Positions 1-8,330 of a stretch of DNA of 22,946 nt are shown in pieces. The stretch's first letter is position 1; every line of letters starts with the position of its first letter. The translations under genes and the position numbers were made by a program. The stretch lies in IMG/VR virus record IMGVR_UViG_3300020196_001530; one strand, written 5' to 3'. A model generated the notes under the pieces. It ran no database searches, was not told the DNA's origin, and saw only the letters and a list, made by a program, of their open reading frames with translations. Source of the DNA: a virus.

Positions 1-384
1 AATGAACTGAATGAGGATAACTTCCTCCTTTTTGCTATTAAGAATTATGAGAATCCTCAGGCAGTTACCAAAGAAGATTTTGATAAAGACTTAAATCATT
101 TCAAATATATCAAAAGACTTTTGAAACGATATAAGAATACGGGGGAACTTAAGGTTCCCCTTTTGATCAATCACTTTATTGTTCTATACAATATTTTTGG
201 CGAAGCAGCAACACCAATGTTATTTTTCAAGATAGAAAAAGACTACTGGTGTGTTATGAAAACTTTTATTTTATTTTTGAACAAATTGCCAGAATATCCA
301 AAAGGTTATATTCATGATATTCCGGTTGATTTGAACTGTTTAAAAGAACTCCAGAAAATCTTTAAGCAAAATGAACAAACTTGA
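1..384 (+). CDS. Conserved hypothetical phage protein, 5'-truncated by the window edge
   Basis: Frame 1 is open from base 1 (NELNEDNFLLFAIKNYENPQ...) into the track ORF at 121, with a stop at 382-384. The true start lies upstream of the window, so the ATG-initiated 121 start is probably internal. Confidence 0.8.
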   Translation, partial: NELNEDNFLLFAIKNYENPQAVTKEDFDKDLNHFKYIKRLLKRYKNTGELKVPLLINHFIVLYNIFGEAATPMLFFKIEKDYWCVMKTFILFLNKLPEYPKGYIHDIPVDLNCLKELQKIFKQNEQT

Positions 385-586
385 TAGAATTATTCAAATG
401 ATTCGTGAACAGATGGTTGCGAATGCTCCTGGAGCTTCTGGAGGATTTAGTTCTTCCGCGGATCCTAAGGGTCCTGTTGCTGGTTATGATACTAAGATGA
501 TGAAGAAAGGTAGAAAGTATATGAAAGGTCCGGGAAGAAAAGTCTGGTTAGATTACCTCAAATCCTCCAATGACAGAAGATCTTAA
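371..586 (+). CDS. Small conserved hypothetical protein
   Basis: 71-aa ORF overlapping the previous gene end and the next gene start (570), a compact phage arrangement. Confidence 0.7.
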   Translation: MNKLDRIIQMIREQMVANAPGASGGFSSSADPKGPVAGYDTKMMKKGRKYMKGPGRKVWLDYLKSSNDRRS

Positions 587-953
587 AGTAGCTGTATTAG
601 AACAGAAAGTTGAAGATGTTAAGGATATTATTGTAAAAATTGATAACGCTATTGAAAAATTAAGTGAAGTAAATAGTAATGTAACTAAGATGCTTGCGGT
701 CCATGAAGAAAGGATCTCGAAGCAAGAGGAGGCCGACTTTATACTCTTTGCTAAAATTGACAAACTCCGTGATAAAGTTGACCGCGATTATGACGCACTT
801 GTGTCACGAGTACAAACGATAGAAAAAAGGGTCTGGATGGCCATTGGTGCAATTGCTTGCATTACATTTATTATGAATAACACTCGGGTTATAGAAATCT
901 TGACACCCACCGATCAAAGTTCTATAATGGAGCACAGGAACTTTAAGGTTTGA
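570..953 (+). CDS. Coiled-coil protein with a C-terminal transmembrane segment
   Basis: Heptad-like region (EQKVEDVKDIIVKIDNAIEKL...), then hydrophobic MAIGAIACITFIM near the C-terminus. Confidence 0.7.
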   Translation: MTEDLKVAVLEQKVEDVKDIIVKIDNAIEKLSEVNSNVTKMLAVHEERISKQEEADFILFAKIDKLRDKVDRDYDALVSRVQTIEKRVWMAIGAIACITFIMNNTRVIEILTPTDQSSIMEHRNFKV

Positions 954-955
954 TT

Positions 956-1125
956 ATGGTAGGTGTATATTGCTACTATAGAAATTATGAACCAATTTAT
1001 GTTGGATGTAGTGTGGATTTAATCATATAAATTCTACTTCAAAAATGTGTGAAAAATGTGGTAAAGTGTCTAGTCCTGGTAATTATTCCAGGTGACACGA
1101 TGAAAATTGTAGAAAGGAGAATTAA
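956..1125 (+). pseudogene. Remnant of a GIY-YIG homing endonuclease (N-terminal and C-terminal Zn-knuckle fragments)
   Basis: 956-1030 encodes MVGVYCYYRNYEPIYVGCSVDLII* (GIY...YVG-like). From 1045, in another frame, it reads MCEKCGKVSSPGNYSR*HDENCRKEN*, matching a C..CGK..GNYSRWH..NC module with the Trp codon replaced by TGA. Confidence 0.7.
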
Positions 1126-2093
1126 TGGATTACATTGATCAAAAATATATTATGATGATTTCATCTAGGCTTCAAAAGTTTAAAAAAATTAAGCCAAACC
1201 TTTACAATTTTAGGTGCATCATCTGTGGAGATTCTCAAAAGAATAAAACCAAGGCAAGGGGATATCTATATCAAGTAAAGAACAATACAAACTTTAAATG
1301 TCACAACTGCGGATTAAATATATCTTTTAATAATTTTCTAAAACAAGTAGATATCAATATACATAAACAATATACTTTTGAAAAATTTAAAGAGGGAACT
1401 ACTGGTAGAAACTTTGTTGTTGATGAACCAGAGTTTAAGTTTGAAACTCCAAAGTTTAAACCGAAGTTAGATTTGCCAAAGGCATCAGAAAATCCTGATG
1501 CAAAATCATATCTAGAAAAGAGAAAACTAAACCCACATAAATTCTATTACACTGAAAAATTCAAGGAGTGGACCAACTCTTTAAAACCTACATTTGACTC
1601 CACCATTAAAGATGAACCGAGGATTATTATCCCTCTGTTTTATCAAGATACACTAGTCGGATTTCAGGGTAGAGCACTTGGTCCCAATAAGATTAAATAC
1701 ATTACTGTGATGCTTACTGATGACGCACCAAAAATCTATGGTCTTGATGAAGTACAAAAAACTGAAACTGTCTACATCACCGAAGGACCCTTTGATTCAA
1801 CTTTCATTCGCAACTCTATTGCTCTATGTGGAGCTGACGGTGATATTGCTAAGTGGGGTATTCGCAATCGGGTTTGGATATACGATAACGAACCACGTAA
1901 TCCAGAGATCGTCAGACGAATCCAATCTAAAATTGAGAGTGGAGAGTCCGTCGTCATTTATCCAAACTCAGTGATTGAAAAAGACATTAATGATATGGTT
2001 CTATCTGGACTTGATGTTCAATCCATGGTAGAATCAAACACTTACTCTGGTTTAGAAGCAAAACTCAAATTTACCACCTGGAAGAAAATATGA
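1125..2093 (+). CDS. 61: DNA primase, T4 gp61-like
   Basis: 322 aa; N-terminal zinc finger CIICGDSQKNKTKARGYLY...FKCHNCG and TOPRIM-like region VYITEGPFDSTFI. RBS agaaaggag is just upstream. Confidence 0.85.
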   Translation: MDYIDQKYIMMISSRLQKFKKIKPNLYNFRCIICGDSQKNKTKARGYLYQVKNNTNFKCHNCGLNISFNNFLKQVDINIHKQYTFEKFKEGTTGRNFVVDEPEFKFETPKFKPKLDLPKASENPDAKSYLEKRKLNPHKFYYTEKFKEWTNSLKPTFDSTIKDEPRIIIPLFYQDTLVGFQGRALGPNKIKYITVMLTDDAPKIYGLDEVQKTETVYITEGPFDSTFIRNSIALCGADGDIAKWGIRNRVWIYDNEPRNPEIVRRIQSKIESGESVVIYPNSVIEKDINDMVLSGLDVQSMVESNTYSGLEAKLKFTTWKKI

Positions 2094-4390
2094 GCAACGG
2101 TTTAAAGGTTCAAAAGAGAAATGGATCTATTGAGAATATTGACCTCGATAAGATGCATGTGATGGTTGAAGAGGCTTGTAGAGGTCTTGCAGGGGTCTCT
2201 GCAAGTCAAGTTGAGATGAAGTCTGGTATTCAGTTTTATGATGGAATTACTACCGCAGAGATTCAAGAGATTCTAATTCGTAGTGCTAGTGATCTAATTG
2301 ATCTTGATCATCCAAATTATCAGTTTGTTGCTGCTCGTCTTCTTTTGTTTTCGGTTCGTAAACAACTTTATGGGAAGATGAAAGAACTTCCTACACTTGA
2401 GCAACACATTATTGATTGTGTATGTTCTGAAGTTTATGATTCAGATATCTACAATAAGTATTCTCAGGAAGAAATTGCTAAGGCAGATTCATTCATTGAC
2501 CACGATCGTGATTTCTTGTTTACATATGCAGGACTTCGCCAGGTAGTAGATAAGTATCTCGTACAGGATCGTAGTGGCGGTGGAGTGTATGAAACTCCCC
2601 AGTTCATGTATATGATGATTGCTTTGACTATCTTTGCAGAGTATCCCAAAGAAACCAGAATGTCATATGTCAAGAGGTATTATGACGCAATCTCCAAACA
2701 CAAAATCAACATCCCCACACCCATCATGGCAGGAGTGCGAACGCCACTTAGACAATTTGCTAGTTGTGTTCTTGTTGATGTTGATGACACCCTCGATTCT
2801 ATCTTTAGCTCTGACATGGCTATTGGTCGATACGTTGCGCAGAGGGCGGGAATCGGCATCAACGCTGGTAGAATCCGTGGCATCAACAGCAAAATACGAG
2901 GTGGCGAGGTTCAGCACACGGGTGTTGTACCGTTCCTCAAAAAGTTTGAAGCGACTGTCCGATGCTGTACTCAAAATGGCATACGCGGTGGATCCGCCAC
3001 CGTCCACTTCCCCATCTGGCACCAAGAAATAGAAGATATTCTGGTTCTTAAGAATAACAAGGGAACGGAAGATAATCGTGTCCGCAAACTTGACTATTCA
3101 ATTCAAATTAGCAAGTTGTTCTATGAAAGATTTATTCAAGACGGTAAGATCACGCTTTTCTCTCCGCACGATGTCCCTGGACTTTATAATAGCTTTGGAC
3201 TCCCTGAGTTTGACGATCTCTACGTTCAATATGAGAACGATCCGACCATTAAGAAAAAAACTATTAAGGCGCAAGAACTCATCCTTAACCTTCTTAAGGA
3301 ACGTGCGGAAACGGGTCGGATCTACATTATGAATCTTGATCACTGCAACTCTCACTCATCCTTCAAGGATAAGATTGAGATGAGCAATCTGTGTCAAGAA
3401 ATTACTCTTCCAACCTATCCTATTCAACATATTGATGATGATAATGGTGAGATTGCTCTTTGCATTCTTTCTGCCATTAATGTCGGTAAAGTAAAGTCTG
3501 ATGAAGAACTTGAAGAACTTTGTGACCTTTCAGTTCGTGGACTGGATGAACTGATTGACTATCAGAAGTACCCTGTACGTGCTGCAGAACTTGGTACAAA
3601 GGCACGTAGGTCCCTTGGAATCGGTTATATTGGTCTGGCTCATTATCTTGCTAAACTGGGATATTCTTATGACTCTCAGGAAGCATGGGATGCGGTTCAT
3701 GGTCTCTCAGAATCTTTCCAATATTATCTTCTGAAGGCATCTAATGAACTCGCTAAAGAAAAAGGATACTGTGAGAACTTTGGTCGCACCAAATATGCTG
3801 ATGGAATTCTTCCTATTGATACTTACAAAAAAGATGTAGACGAAATTTCTTCTATTCCATACCAGCATGATTGGGAAACTCTTAGGGCATCTATCCTGGA
3901 ACATGGTCTCAGGCACTCAACACTGTCCGCACAGATGCCATCGGAGAGCAGTTCCGTTGTGTCAAACGCAACAAATGGAATTGAGCCTCCTCGTGGATTC
4001 TTGTCCATTAAGAAGTCCAAGAAAGGTCCTCTTAAGCAAATTGTTCCACAGTATGCTACACTGAAGAACAACTATACTTTGTTGTGGGACATGAAGAGTA
4101 ATGAAGGTTATATCAAAATCGTTGCTATGATGCAGAAGTTCTTTGATCAAGCTATTTCTGGTAACTGGAGTTACAATCCAGAGAACTATCCTGACAATGA
4201 AGTACCAGTTTCGGTTATGGCAAATGACTTCTTGACTACATACAAGTACGGATGGAAAACTTCTTACTATCAGAATACCTACGATATTAAAACTGATGAG
4301 GTGATTGAAGAAAAGAAATCCGAATTGGAAAATCTAATTAATGAGTTAAGTTCAGTAGAGGAGGGAGAGTGTGAATCCTGTGCAGTTTAA
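2090..4390 (+). CDS. nrdA: Class Ia ribonucleotide reductase, alpha (large) subunit
   Basis: 766 aa with ATP-cone-like N-terminus, FASCVLVDVDDTLDSI, NLCQEITLPTYP, MPSESSSVVSNATNGIEPPR and C-terminal CESC. ATGA-type overlap with the primase. Confidence 0.97.
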   Translation: MSNGLKVQKRNGSIENIDLDKMHVMVEEACRGLAGVSASQVEMKSGIQFYDGITTAEIQEILIRSASDLIDLDHPNYQFVAARLLLFSVRKQLYGKMKELPTLEQHIIDCVCSEVYDSDIYNKYSQEEIAKADSFIDHDRDFLFTYAGLRQVVDKYLVQDRSGGGVYETPQFMYMMIALTIFAEYPKETRMSYVKRYYDAISKHKINIPTPIMAGVRTPLRQFASCVLVDVDDTLDSIFSSDMAIGRYVAQRAGIGINAGRIRGINSKIRGGEVQHTGVVPFLKKFEATVRCCTQNGIRGGSATVHFPIWHQEIEDILVLKNNKGTEDNRVRKLDYSIQISKLFYERFIQDGKITLFSPHDVPGLYNSFGLPEFDDLYVQYENDPTIKKKTIKAQELILNLLKERAETGRIYIMNLDHCNSHSSFKDKIEMSNLCQEITLPTYPIQHIDDDNGEIALCILSAINVGKVKSDEELEELCDLSVRGLDELIDYQKYPVRAAELGTKARRSLGIGYIGLAHYLAKLGYSYDSQEAWDAVHGLSESFQYYLLKASNELAKEKGYCENFGRTKYADGILPIDTYKKDVDEISSIPYQHDWETLRASILEHGLRHSTLSAQMPSESSSVVSNATNGIEPPRGFLSIKKSKKGPLKQIVPQYATLKNNYTLLWDMKSNEGYIKIVAMMQKFFDQAISGNWSYNPENYPDNEVPVSVMANDFLTTYKYGWKTSYYQNTYDIKTDEVIEEKKSELENLINELSSVEEGECESCAV

Positions 4391-5561
4391 AATTTCTTCA
4401 ACAGAAGAACCTCAAACAAGTATCAAAGGAATGACTGTTTTTAATACAGAAAAAGTAGATACCAAAAAGCAACCTATGTTTTTTGGTAAACCACTTGGAG
4501 TCCAGAGATATGATTCATACAAATATCCAATCTTCGACAAACTGACTACTCAACAGTTAGGATACTTCTGGAGACCTGAAGAGGTTTCTCTCCAGAAGGA
4601 TCGTGGAGATTATCAAACACTACGTCCTGAACAGAAGCATATCTATACTTCTAATCTGAAGTATCAGATTATGCTTGATTCTGTTCAGGGTCGTGGTCCT
4701 GGAATGGCATTTATTCCTTATTGTTCTTTGCCAGAACTTGAGGCATGTATGGAAGTGTGGGGATTTATGGAGATGATTCATAGTCGTTCATACACTTACA
4801 TCATCAAGAATGTATACTCAGATCCTTCTGAAGTCTTTGATACTATTATCACTGATAATCGCATTCTTGAACGTGCTAAGAGTGTGACTGAATCGTATGA
4901 TGACTTTATTCAATCAGCACAACAGTATGGTGTATCCGATACTTGGATGCATAATCTTGAAGGTGTTTCATACGCAAAAGAAACAATCAACGATGTTAAA
5001 AGAAAACTCTATAGAGCAGTCGCAAACGTTAACATTCTTGAAGGTATTAGGTTCTACGTTAGTTTTGCTTGTAGTTTCGCATTCGGTGAACTTAAGCTTA
5101 TGGAGGGATCCGCTAAAATTATCTCTCTTATCGCAAGAGACGAAAACCAACACCTAGCCATCACTCAGAACATCCTGAATAAGTGGCGTGATGGTGATGA
5201 TCCCGAAATGAAACAGATCGCAAAGGAAGAGGAAGAGTGGGTCTATGCGATGTTCGATCGTGCTGTAAATGAAGAAAAGAAATGGGCAGATTATCTGTTC
5301 AAAGATGGCAGCATGATTGGACTCAATGATAAACTTCTTCAACAATACGTAGAATGGATTGCAAACAGAAGACTTAAATCAATTGGGTTAAAGCCCCAAT
5401 ACGATATTTCAGCAAACAATAATCCACTTCCTTGGACTCAGCACTGGATCTCATCTAAAGGTCTCCAGGTGGCACCCCAGGAAACGGAAGTTGAAAGTTA
5501 TGTGGTTGGTGGAATCAAACAAGACGTGAAAAAAGACACATTTAGTGGTTTTAAACTTTGA
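4371..5561 (+). CDS. nrdB: Class Ia ribonucleotide reductase, beta subunit
   Basis: 396 aa; metal-ligand helices (YWRPEEVSLQKDRGDY, FIPYCSLPELEACMEVWGFMEMIHSRSYTYI, LIARDENQHLAITQ). Directly overlaps the nrdA end. Confidence 0.97.
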   Translation: MNPVQFKISSTEEPQTSIKGMTVFNTEKVDTKKQPMFFGKPLGVQRYDSYKYPIFDKLTTQQLGYFWRPEEVSLQKDRGDYQTLRPEQKHIYTSNLKYQIMLDSVQGRGPGMAFIPYCSLPELEACMEVWGFMEMIHSRSYTYIIKNVYSDPSEVFDTIITDNRILERAKSVTESYDDFIQSAQQYGVSDTWMHNLEGVSYAKETINDVKRKLYRAVANVNILEGIRFYVSFACSFAFGELKLMEGSAKIISLIARDENQHLAITQNILNKWRDGDDPEMKQIAKEEEEWVYAMFDRAVNEEKKWADYLFKDGSMIGLNDKLLQQYVEWIANRRLKSIGLKPQYDISANNNPLPWTQHWISSKGLQVAPQETEVESYVVGGIKQDVKKDTFSGFKL

Positions 5562-5567
5562 TAGATA

Positions 5568-5591
5568 GAGGAGGTAACACTCCTCTTTTTT
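5568..5591 (+). terminator. Rho-independent terminator downstream of nrdB
   Basis: GAGGAG-gtaaca-CTCCTC followed by a T-run. Confidence 0.85.
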
Positions 5592-5598
5592 ATAAATA
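5591..5598 (+). promoter_or_regulatory. T4-like late promoter
   Basis: TATAAATA, 22 nt upstream of the ATG at 5620; matches the T4-type late promoter consensus. Confidence 0.8.
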
Positions 5599-5619
5599 TT
5601 TTTAAATTCGGTATATTAA

Positions 5620-6378
5620 ATGAATACTAGAGAATATTCTGAACTGCAGAAATTATATTCAAATATCATAAATGAGTATGATGAGGCTAAATCAGCAGCT
5701 TCGGCTGAAAAAAATCTCCAACATTCATTTAATAGACCTGGATCTCAAGCTCCTGGATATAAGTATAGTGGAAGAATGGCACCGAACAGAAATGGTTCGG
5801 GTCAAGTTCCTGAACAAAAGAGAGTACAACAAGATTTAAAAGCAGCCACTCAAAGATCCCAACAGAGGCAATTACAAATGAACTCCTACGATCCGTTTGA
5901 AATAGTTAAGAATCATCTTCTAGACGAGGGATATGCTAGTGATGAAAGATCAGCTTTTGCGATCATGGCAAGTATGAGTGAGGGTTGGAAACAAAGTATC
6001 CTTGAGATGGATGATTTTGCAGCTGGTGGTGGTAATGCAAAGATGAAGGCAACTGGTATGACTAAAGATCAAGTCATCTCACTCGGAAAGAAGAATGTGG
6101 CAGCTAAACCAGCATCTTCATCATCCTCTTCAGGAAAATCATCAGGATCTACTCCATCTGATGCTGTTAGAGATCGTTTAGCATCTAGAGAAAAGTATCG
6201 TGATACTGTAAATCAAGCACGTGCTGCTGGTGTAAGAGGTCCTGTTGGATTGATGAGAAAACAAGCCGCTCAAGATCAAGAAGCAAAATTTAATGCATAC
6301 TATGATAAACAAAGAAATGATCCTTACTATAAAATAAAATCATTCAAAGATATACCAGGAACATTCAAAAACGGATAA
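5620..6378 (+). CDS. Hypothetical late protein with a Ser/Gly-rich linker, possibly structural
   Basis: 252-aa ORF behind a late promoter; low-complexity ASSSSSSGKSSGSTPS segment. Confidence 0.75.
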   Translation: MNTREYSELQKLYSNIINEYDEAKSAASAEKNLQHSFNRPGSQAPGYKYSGRMAPNRNGSGQVPEQKRVQQDLKAATQRSQQRQLQMNSYDPFEIVKNHLLDEGYASDERSAFAIMASMSEGWKQSILEMDDFAAGGGNAKMKATGMTKDQVISLGKKNVAAKPASSSSSSGKSSGSTPSDAVRDRLASREKYRDTVNQARAAGVRGPVGLMRKQAAQDQEAKFNAYYDKQRNDPYYKIKSFKDIPGTFKNG

Positions 6379-6387
6379 ACATAGATA

Positions 6388-6411
6388 GAGGAGGTAACAC
6401 TCCTCTTTTTT
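6388..6411 (+). terminator. Rho-independent terminator (copy 2 of the 5568 terminator)
   Basis: Same GAGGAG-gtaaca-CTCCTC plus T-run, within a 33-nt exact repeat. Confidence 0.85.
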
Positions 6412-6573
6412 ATGCCTAAGAATCTACTGACTAAAGAAGAATTAAGAGTTCGTGTTTTAAAATTAAAGAACAATCTTCATAATGATCACATCAGACCAGA
6501 AATGGATATGAAAGGACTCGCTCATAAATATCTCAACGAAGTCCTTGACATAATTGATGAGTACAGATATTGA
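6412..6573 (+). CDS. Small hypothetical protein (53 aa), absent from the ORF track
   Basis: ATG directly after the terminator T-run: MPKNLLTKEELRVRVLKLKNNLHNDHIRPEMDMKGLAHKYLNEVLDIIDEYRY*, overlapping the next ORF. Confidence 0.7.
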   Translation: MPKNLLTKEELRVRVLKLKNNLHNDHIRPEMDMKGLAHKYLNEVLDIIDEYRY

Positions 6574-7000
6574 CTATGAGAATCCTTGGACCTACAATGG
6601 AAAAGAATTTGGTTCAAGTGATATTCTGGATTATTATGGTTTTGTATACCATATTCATTGCAACACAACTAATCGCGACTATATTGGTAGAAAATATTTC
6701 TGGAGCTTTCGCACTCCGAGAGGAAAATCTAGAAAGGTTAAGGCAGAATCTGACTGGAAGAACTACTATGGATCATGCCCAGAACTCAAGGAGGACATAA
6801 AAAAGTATGGTAGGGAGAATTTTACGCGCACTATTTTATCATTACATAAAACAAAGGGCAAAACAAACTTTGAAGAAACAAGACAACTCTTCGCACACAA
6901 CGTCCTCACGGAAGCACTTGACAACGGAATCCCAGCCTACTACAATAGCAACATCCTCAACAGGTACTTCCGAAAAGACTACTATGGAAACACAGATTGA
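6557..7000 (+). CDS. Divergent GIY-YIG/Seg-like endonuclease-related protein
   Basis: YGFVYHIHCNTTNRDYIGRKYFWSFR resembles the GIY-YIG N-terminal layout. The track start at 6554 is TTG; the ATG is at 6557. Confidence 0.55.
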   Translation: MSTDIDYENPWTYNGKEFGSSDILDYYGFVYHIHCNTTNRDYIGRKYFWSFRTPRGKSRKVKAESDWKNYYGSCPELKEDIKKYGRENFTRTILSLHKTKGKTNFEETRQLFAHNVLTEALDNGIPAYYNSNILNRYFRKDYYGNTD

Positions 7001-7202
7001 ACCAGTTCCTTATGTGAGGGAGTGGTGTATTGATCGGATTCATCACCTTGCGGATCATGGTGGTGTGGAAGATCAACTTAATGCTCTTTCGATTGCAGAA
7101 GAGTTTGATGAGTGGATCAATATCCCTGAGGGAACTCATGAACTTGATTATCTTTGTTTGGAAGAAGAGGGGTGGGGTGATCAGGAAATCGATATTTGGT
7201 AA
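6984..7202 (+). CDS. Small hypothetical protein (72 aa)
   Basis: Track ORF 6807..7202, but an internal ATG at 6984 (METQIEPVPYVREWC...) just before the previous stop is the more plausible start. Confidence 0.65.
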   Translation: METQIEPVPYVREWCIDRIHHLADHGGVEDQLNALSIAEEFDEWINIPEGTHELDYLCLEEEGWGDQEIDIW

Positions 7203-7212
7203 ACCAAACATT

Positions 7213-7241
7213 TGACAAATCCTAAATATTAACTTATTATG
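7213..7241 (+). promoter_or_regulatory. Sigma70-like promoter
   Basis: TTGACA - 17 nt - TATTAT. Confidence 0.65.
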
Positions 7242-7249
7242 TAAAAATC

Positions 7250-7272
7250 CCTGTTATGAGCAGGGTTTTTTG
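7250..7272 (+). terminator. Rho-independent terminator
   Basis: CCCTG-ttatgag-CAGGG followed by TTTTTT. Confidence 0.8.
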
Positions 7273-7369
7273 TTATGAGACTTTGATTTCGATTTAGAGC
7301 CGTGGAAAGTGCCCTTTGAGAAAAGGGTGGACCCCCTTTCTATACGGATGTAGAGTTCAACTAATTTTA

Positions 7370-7732
7370 ATGCTTTTCAAAACAATTTCAATTCTTGCCA
7401 TTGCTATTACAGGACTGGCACCCCTTCAGGCAAAGGCAGCGAGCGGATGTTCCCTCGCATCACATTATGGAGTAGGTGATGGATATCACGGGCAGACAAC
7501 TGCTAATGGCGAAAGATACAATGCTTATGGAAATTCTGTAGCACATAAAACGCTACCATTTGGAACGAAATTGAGAGTGACGAATCAATCAAATGGTAAG
7601 TCGGTGATTGTGCGAGTTAATGATCGTGGACCTTACATTGCTGGTAGGGACCTTGACTTGTCCTATGGCGCATTCTCTTCTATTGCTTCACCAAGTCAAG
7701 GAGTTGCCAGAATCTGTTACTCACGGGTCTGA
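7370..7732 (+). CDS. Exported RlpA-like double-psi beta-barrel protein
   Basis: Signal peptide MLFKTISILAIAITGLAPLQAKA, then ASHYGVGDGYHGQTTANGERY...AHKTLPFGTKLRVTNQSNGKSVIVRVNDRGPY...RDLDLS, typical of RlpA/DPBB domains. Track start 7316 is TTG; the ATG is at 7370. Confidence 0.85.
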   Translation: MLFKTISILAIAITGLAPLQAKAASGCSLASHYGVGDGYHGQTTANGERYNAYGNSVAHKTLPFGTKLRVTNQSNGKSVIVRVNDRGPYIAGRDLDLSYGAFSSIASPSQGVARICYSRV

Positions 7733-7746
7733 CGATCTAAAAACTG

Positions 7747-7754
7747 AATAAATA
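7747..7754 (+). promoter_or_regulatory. T4-like late promoter
   Basis: AATAAATA immediately upstream of the terminator stem at 7757. Confidence 0.6.
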
Positions 7755-7756
7755 CA

Positions 7757-7784
7757 GGGGAGTGGTTGCTACTCCCCTTTTTTT
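7757..7784 (+). terminator. Rho-independent terminator after the RlpA-like gene
   Basis: GGGGAGT-ggttgct-ACTCCCC plus seven Ts. Confidence 0.9.
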
Positions 7785-8195
7785 ATGTTTAATTTTAACT
7801 TCGGAAAAAAGAAACCAGATAAGAAGCAGATAATTACAATAAGTCTCATACTCAGTGGTATCGTAGCAACCCTCTCCCAGTGCTCAGGAGTGTCTGAGAG
7901 GACTCTGTGGGACCTTCTAGACGAGGCACAGAGAACTCTGTTCCCTCAGACTATAATCAACGATATCCTTCTCCAGGATCCAGGAATCGTAGAGAGTAGA
8001 GTTAAGAGAGATGTAGATAAGGCCATCCGAGAATATGAGGAGTTGACAAGAGACTCAGAACCACCTAGAGTACCTTTGTCCCGGTTCATAGAGAAAGCTC
8101 CAGATGAAGCTTTATGTTACTCTAAAGAGTGTAAAAAACTTGGAGGAGAAATGAGACTCTGTTCACCATGGCTTGACACCTGTAAAGAGGAGTGA
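7785..8195 (+). CDS. Hypothetical membrane-anchored/exported protein
   Basis: 136 aa; hydrophobic segment IITISLILSGIVATL near the N-terminus, and a Cys-rich C-terminus. Confidence 0.65.
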   Translation: MFNFNFGKKKPDKKQIITISLILSGIVATLSQCSGVSERTLWDLLDEAQRTLFPQTIINDILLQDPGIVESRVKRDVDKAIREYEELTRDSEPPRVPLSRFIEKAPDEALCYSKECKKLGGEMRLCSPWLDTCKEE

Positions 8196-8201
8196 TATAC
8201 T
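8173..8201 (+). promoter_or_regulatory. Sigma70-like promoter for tRNA-Arg
   Basis: TTGACA - 17 nt - TATACT, 20 bp before the tRNA and overlapping the 3' end of the preceding ORF. Confidence 0.8.
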
Positions 8202-8220
8202 AAACAAGTAAACAACTTAA

Positions 8221-8292
8221 GGGCTCATAGTTAAGCGGATATAACTACCGCCTTCTAAGCGGTCGTCCCTGGTTCGATTCCAGGTGAGCCTG
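8221..8292 (+). tRNA. tRNA-Arg (TCT)
   Basis: Acceptor GGGCTCA/TGAGCCT, anticodon arm ACCGC-CTTCTAA-GCGGT, T-arm CCTGG-TTCGATT-CCAGG. Confidence 0.93.
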
Positions 8293-8321
8293 TTGACAAT
8301 TATACTCAATTACTCTATAAT
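8293..8321 (+). promoter_or_regulatory. Consensus sigma70 promoter for tRNA-Gly
   Basis: TTGACA - 17 nt - TATAAT, ending 9 bp before the tRNA. Confidence 0.85.
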
Positions 8322-8330
8322 TGTCTTATT

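Noticed and set aside
2663-3025. Several antisense and alternate-frame ORFs inside nrdA
   Set aside because: nrdA is strongly supported in its own frame; the shadow ORFs have no motifs.
6807-6983. N-terminal extension of the 6807..7202 ORF
   Set aside because: Overlaps the upstream coding gene out of frame and is low-complexity; the ATG at 6984 is a better start.
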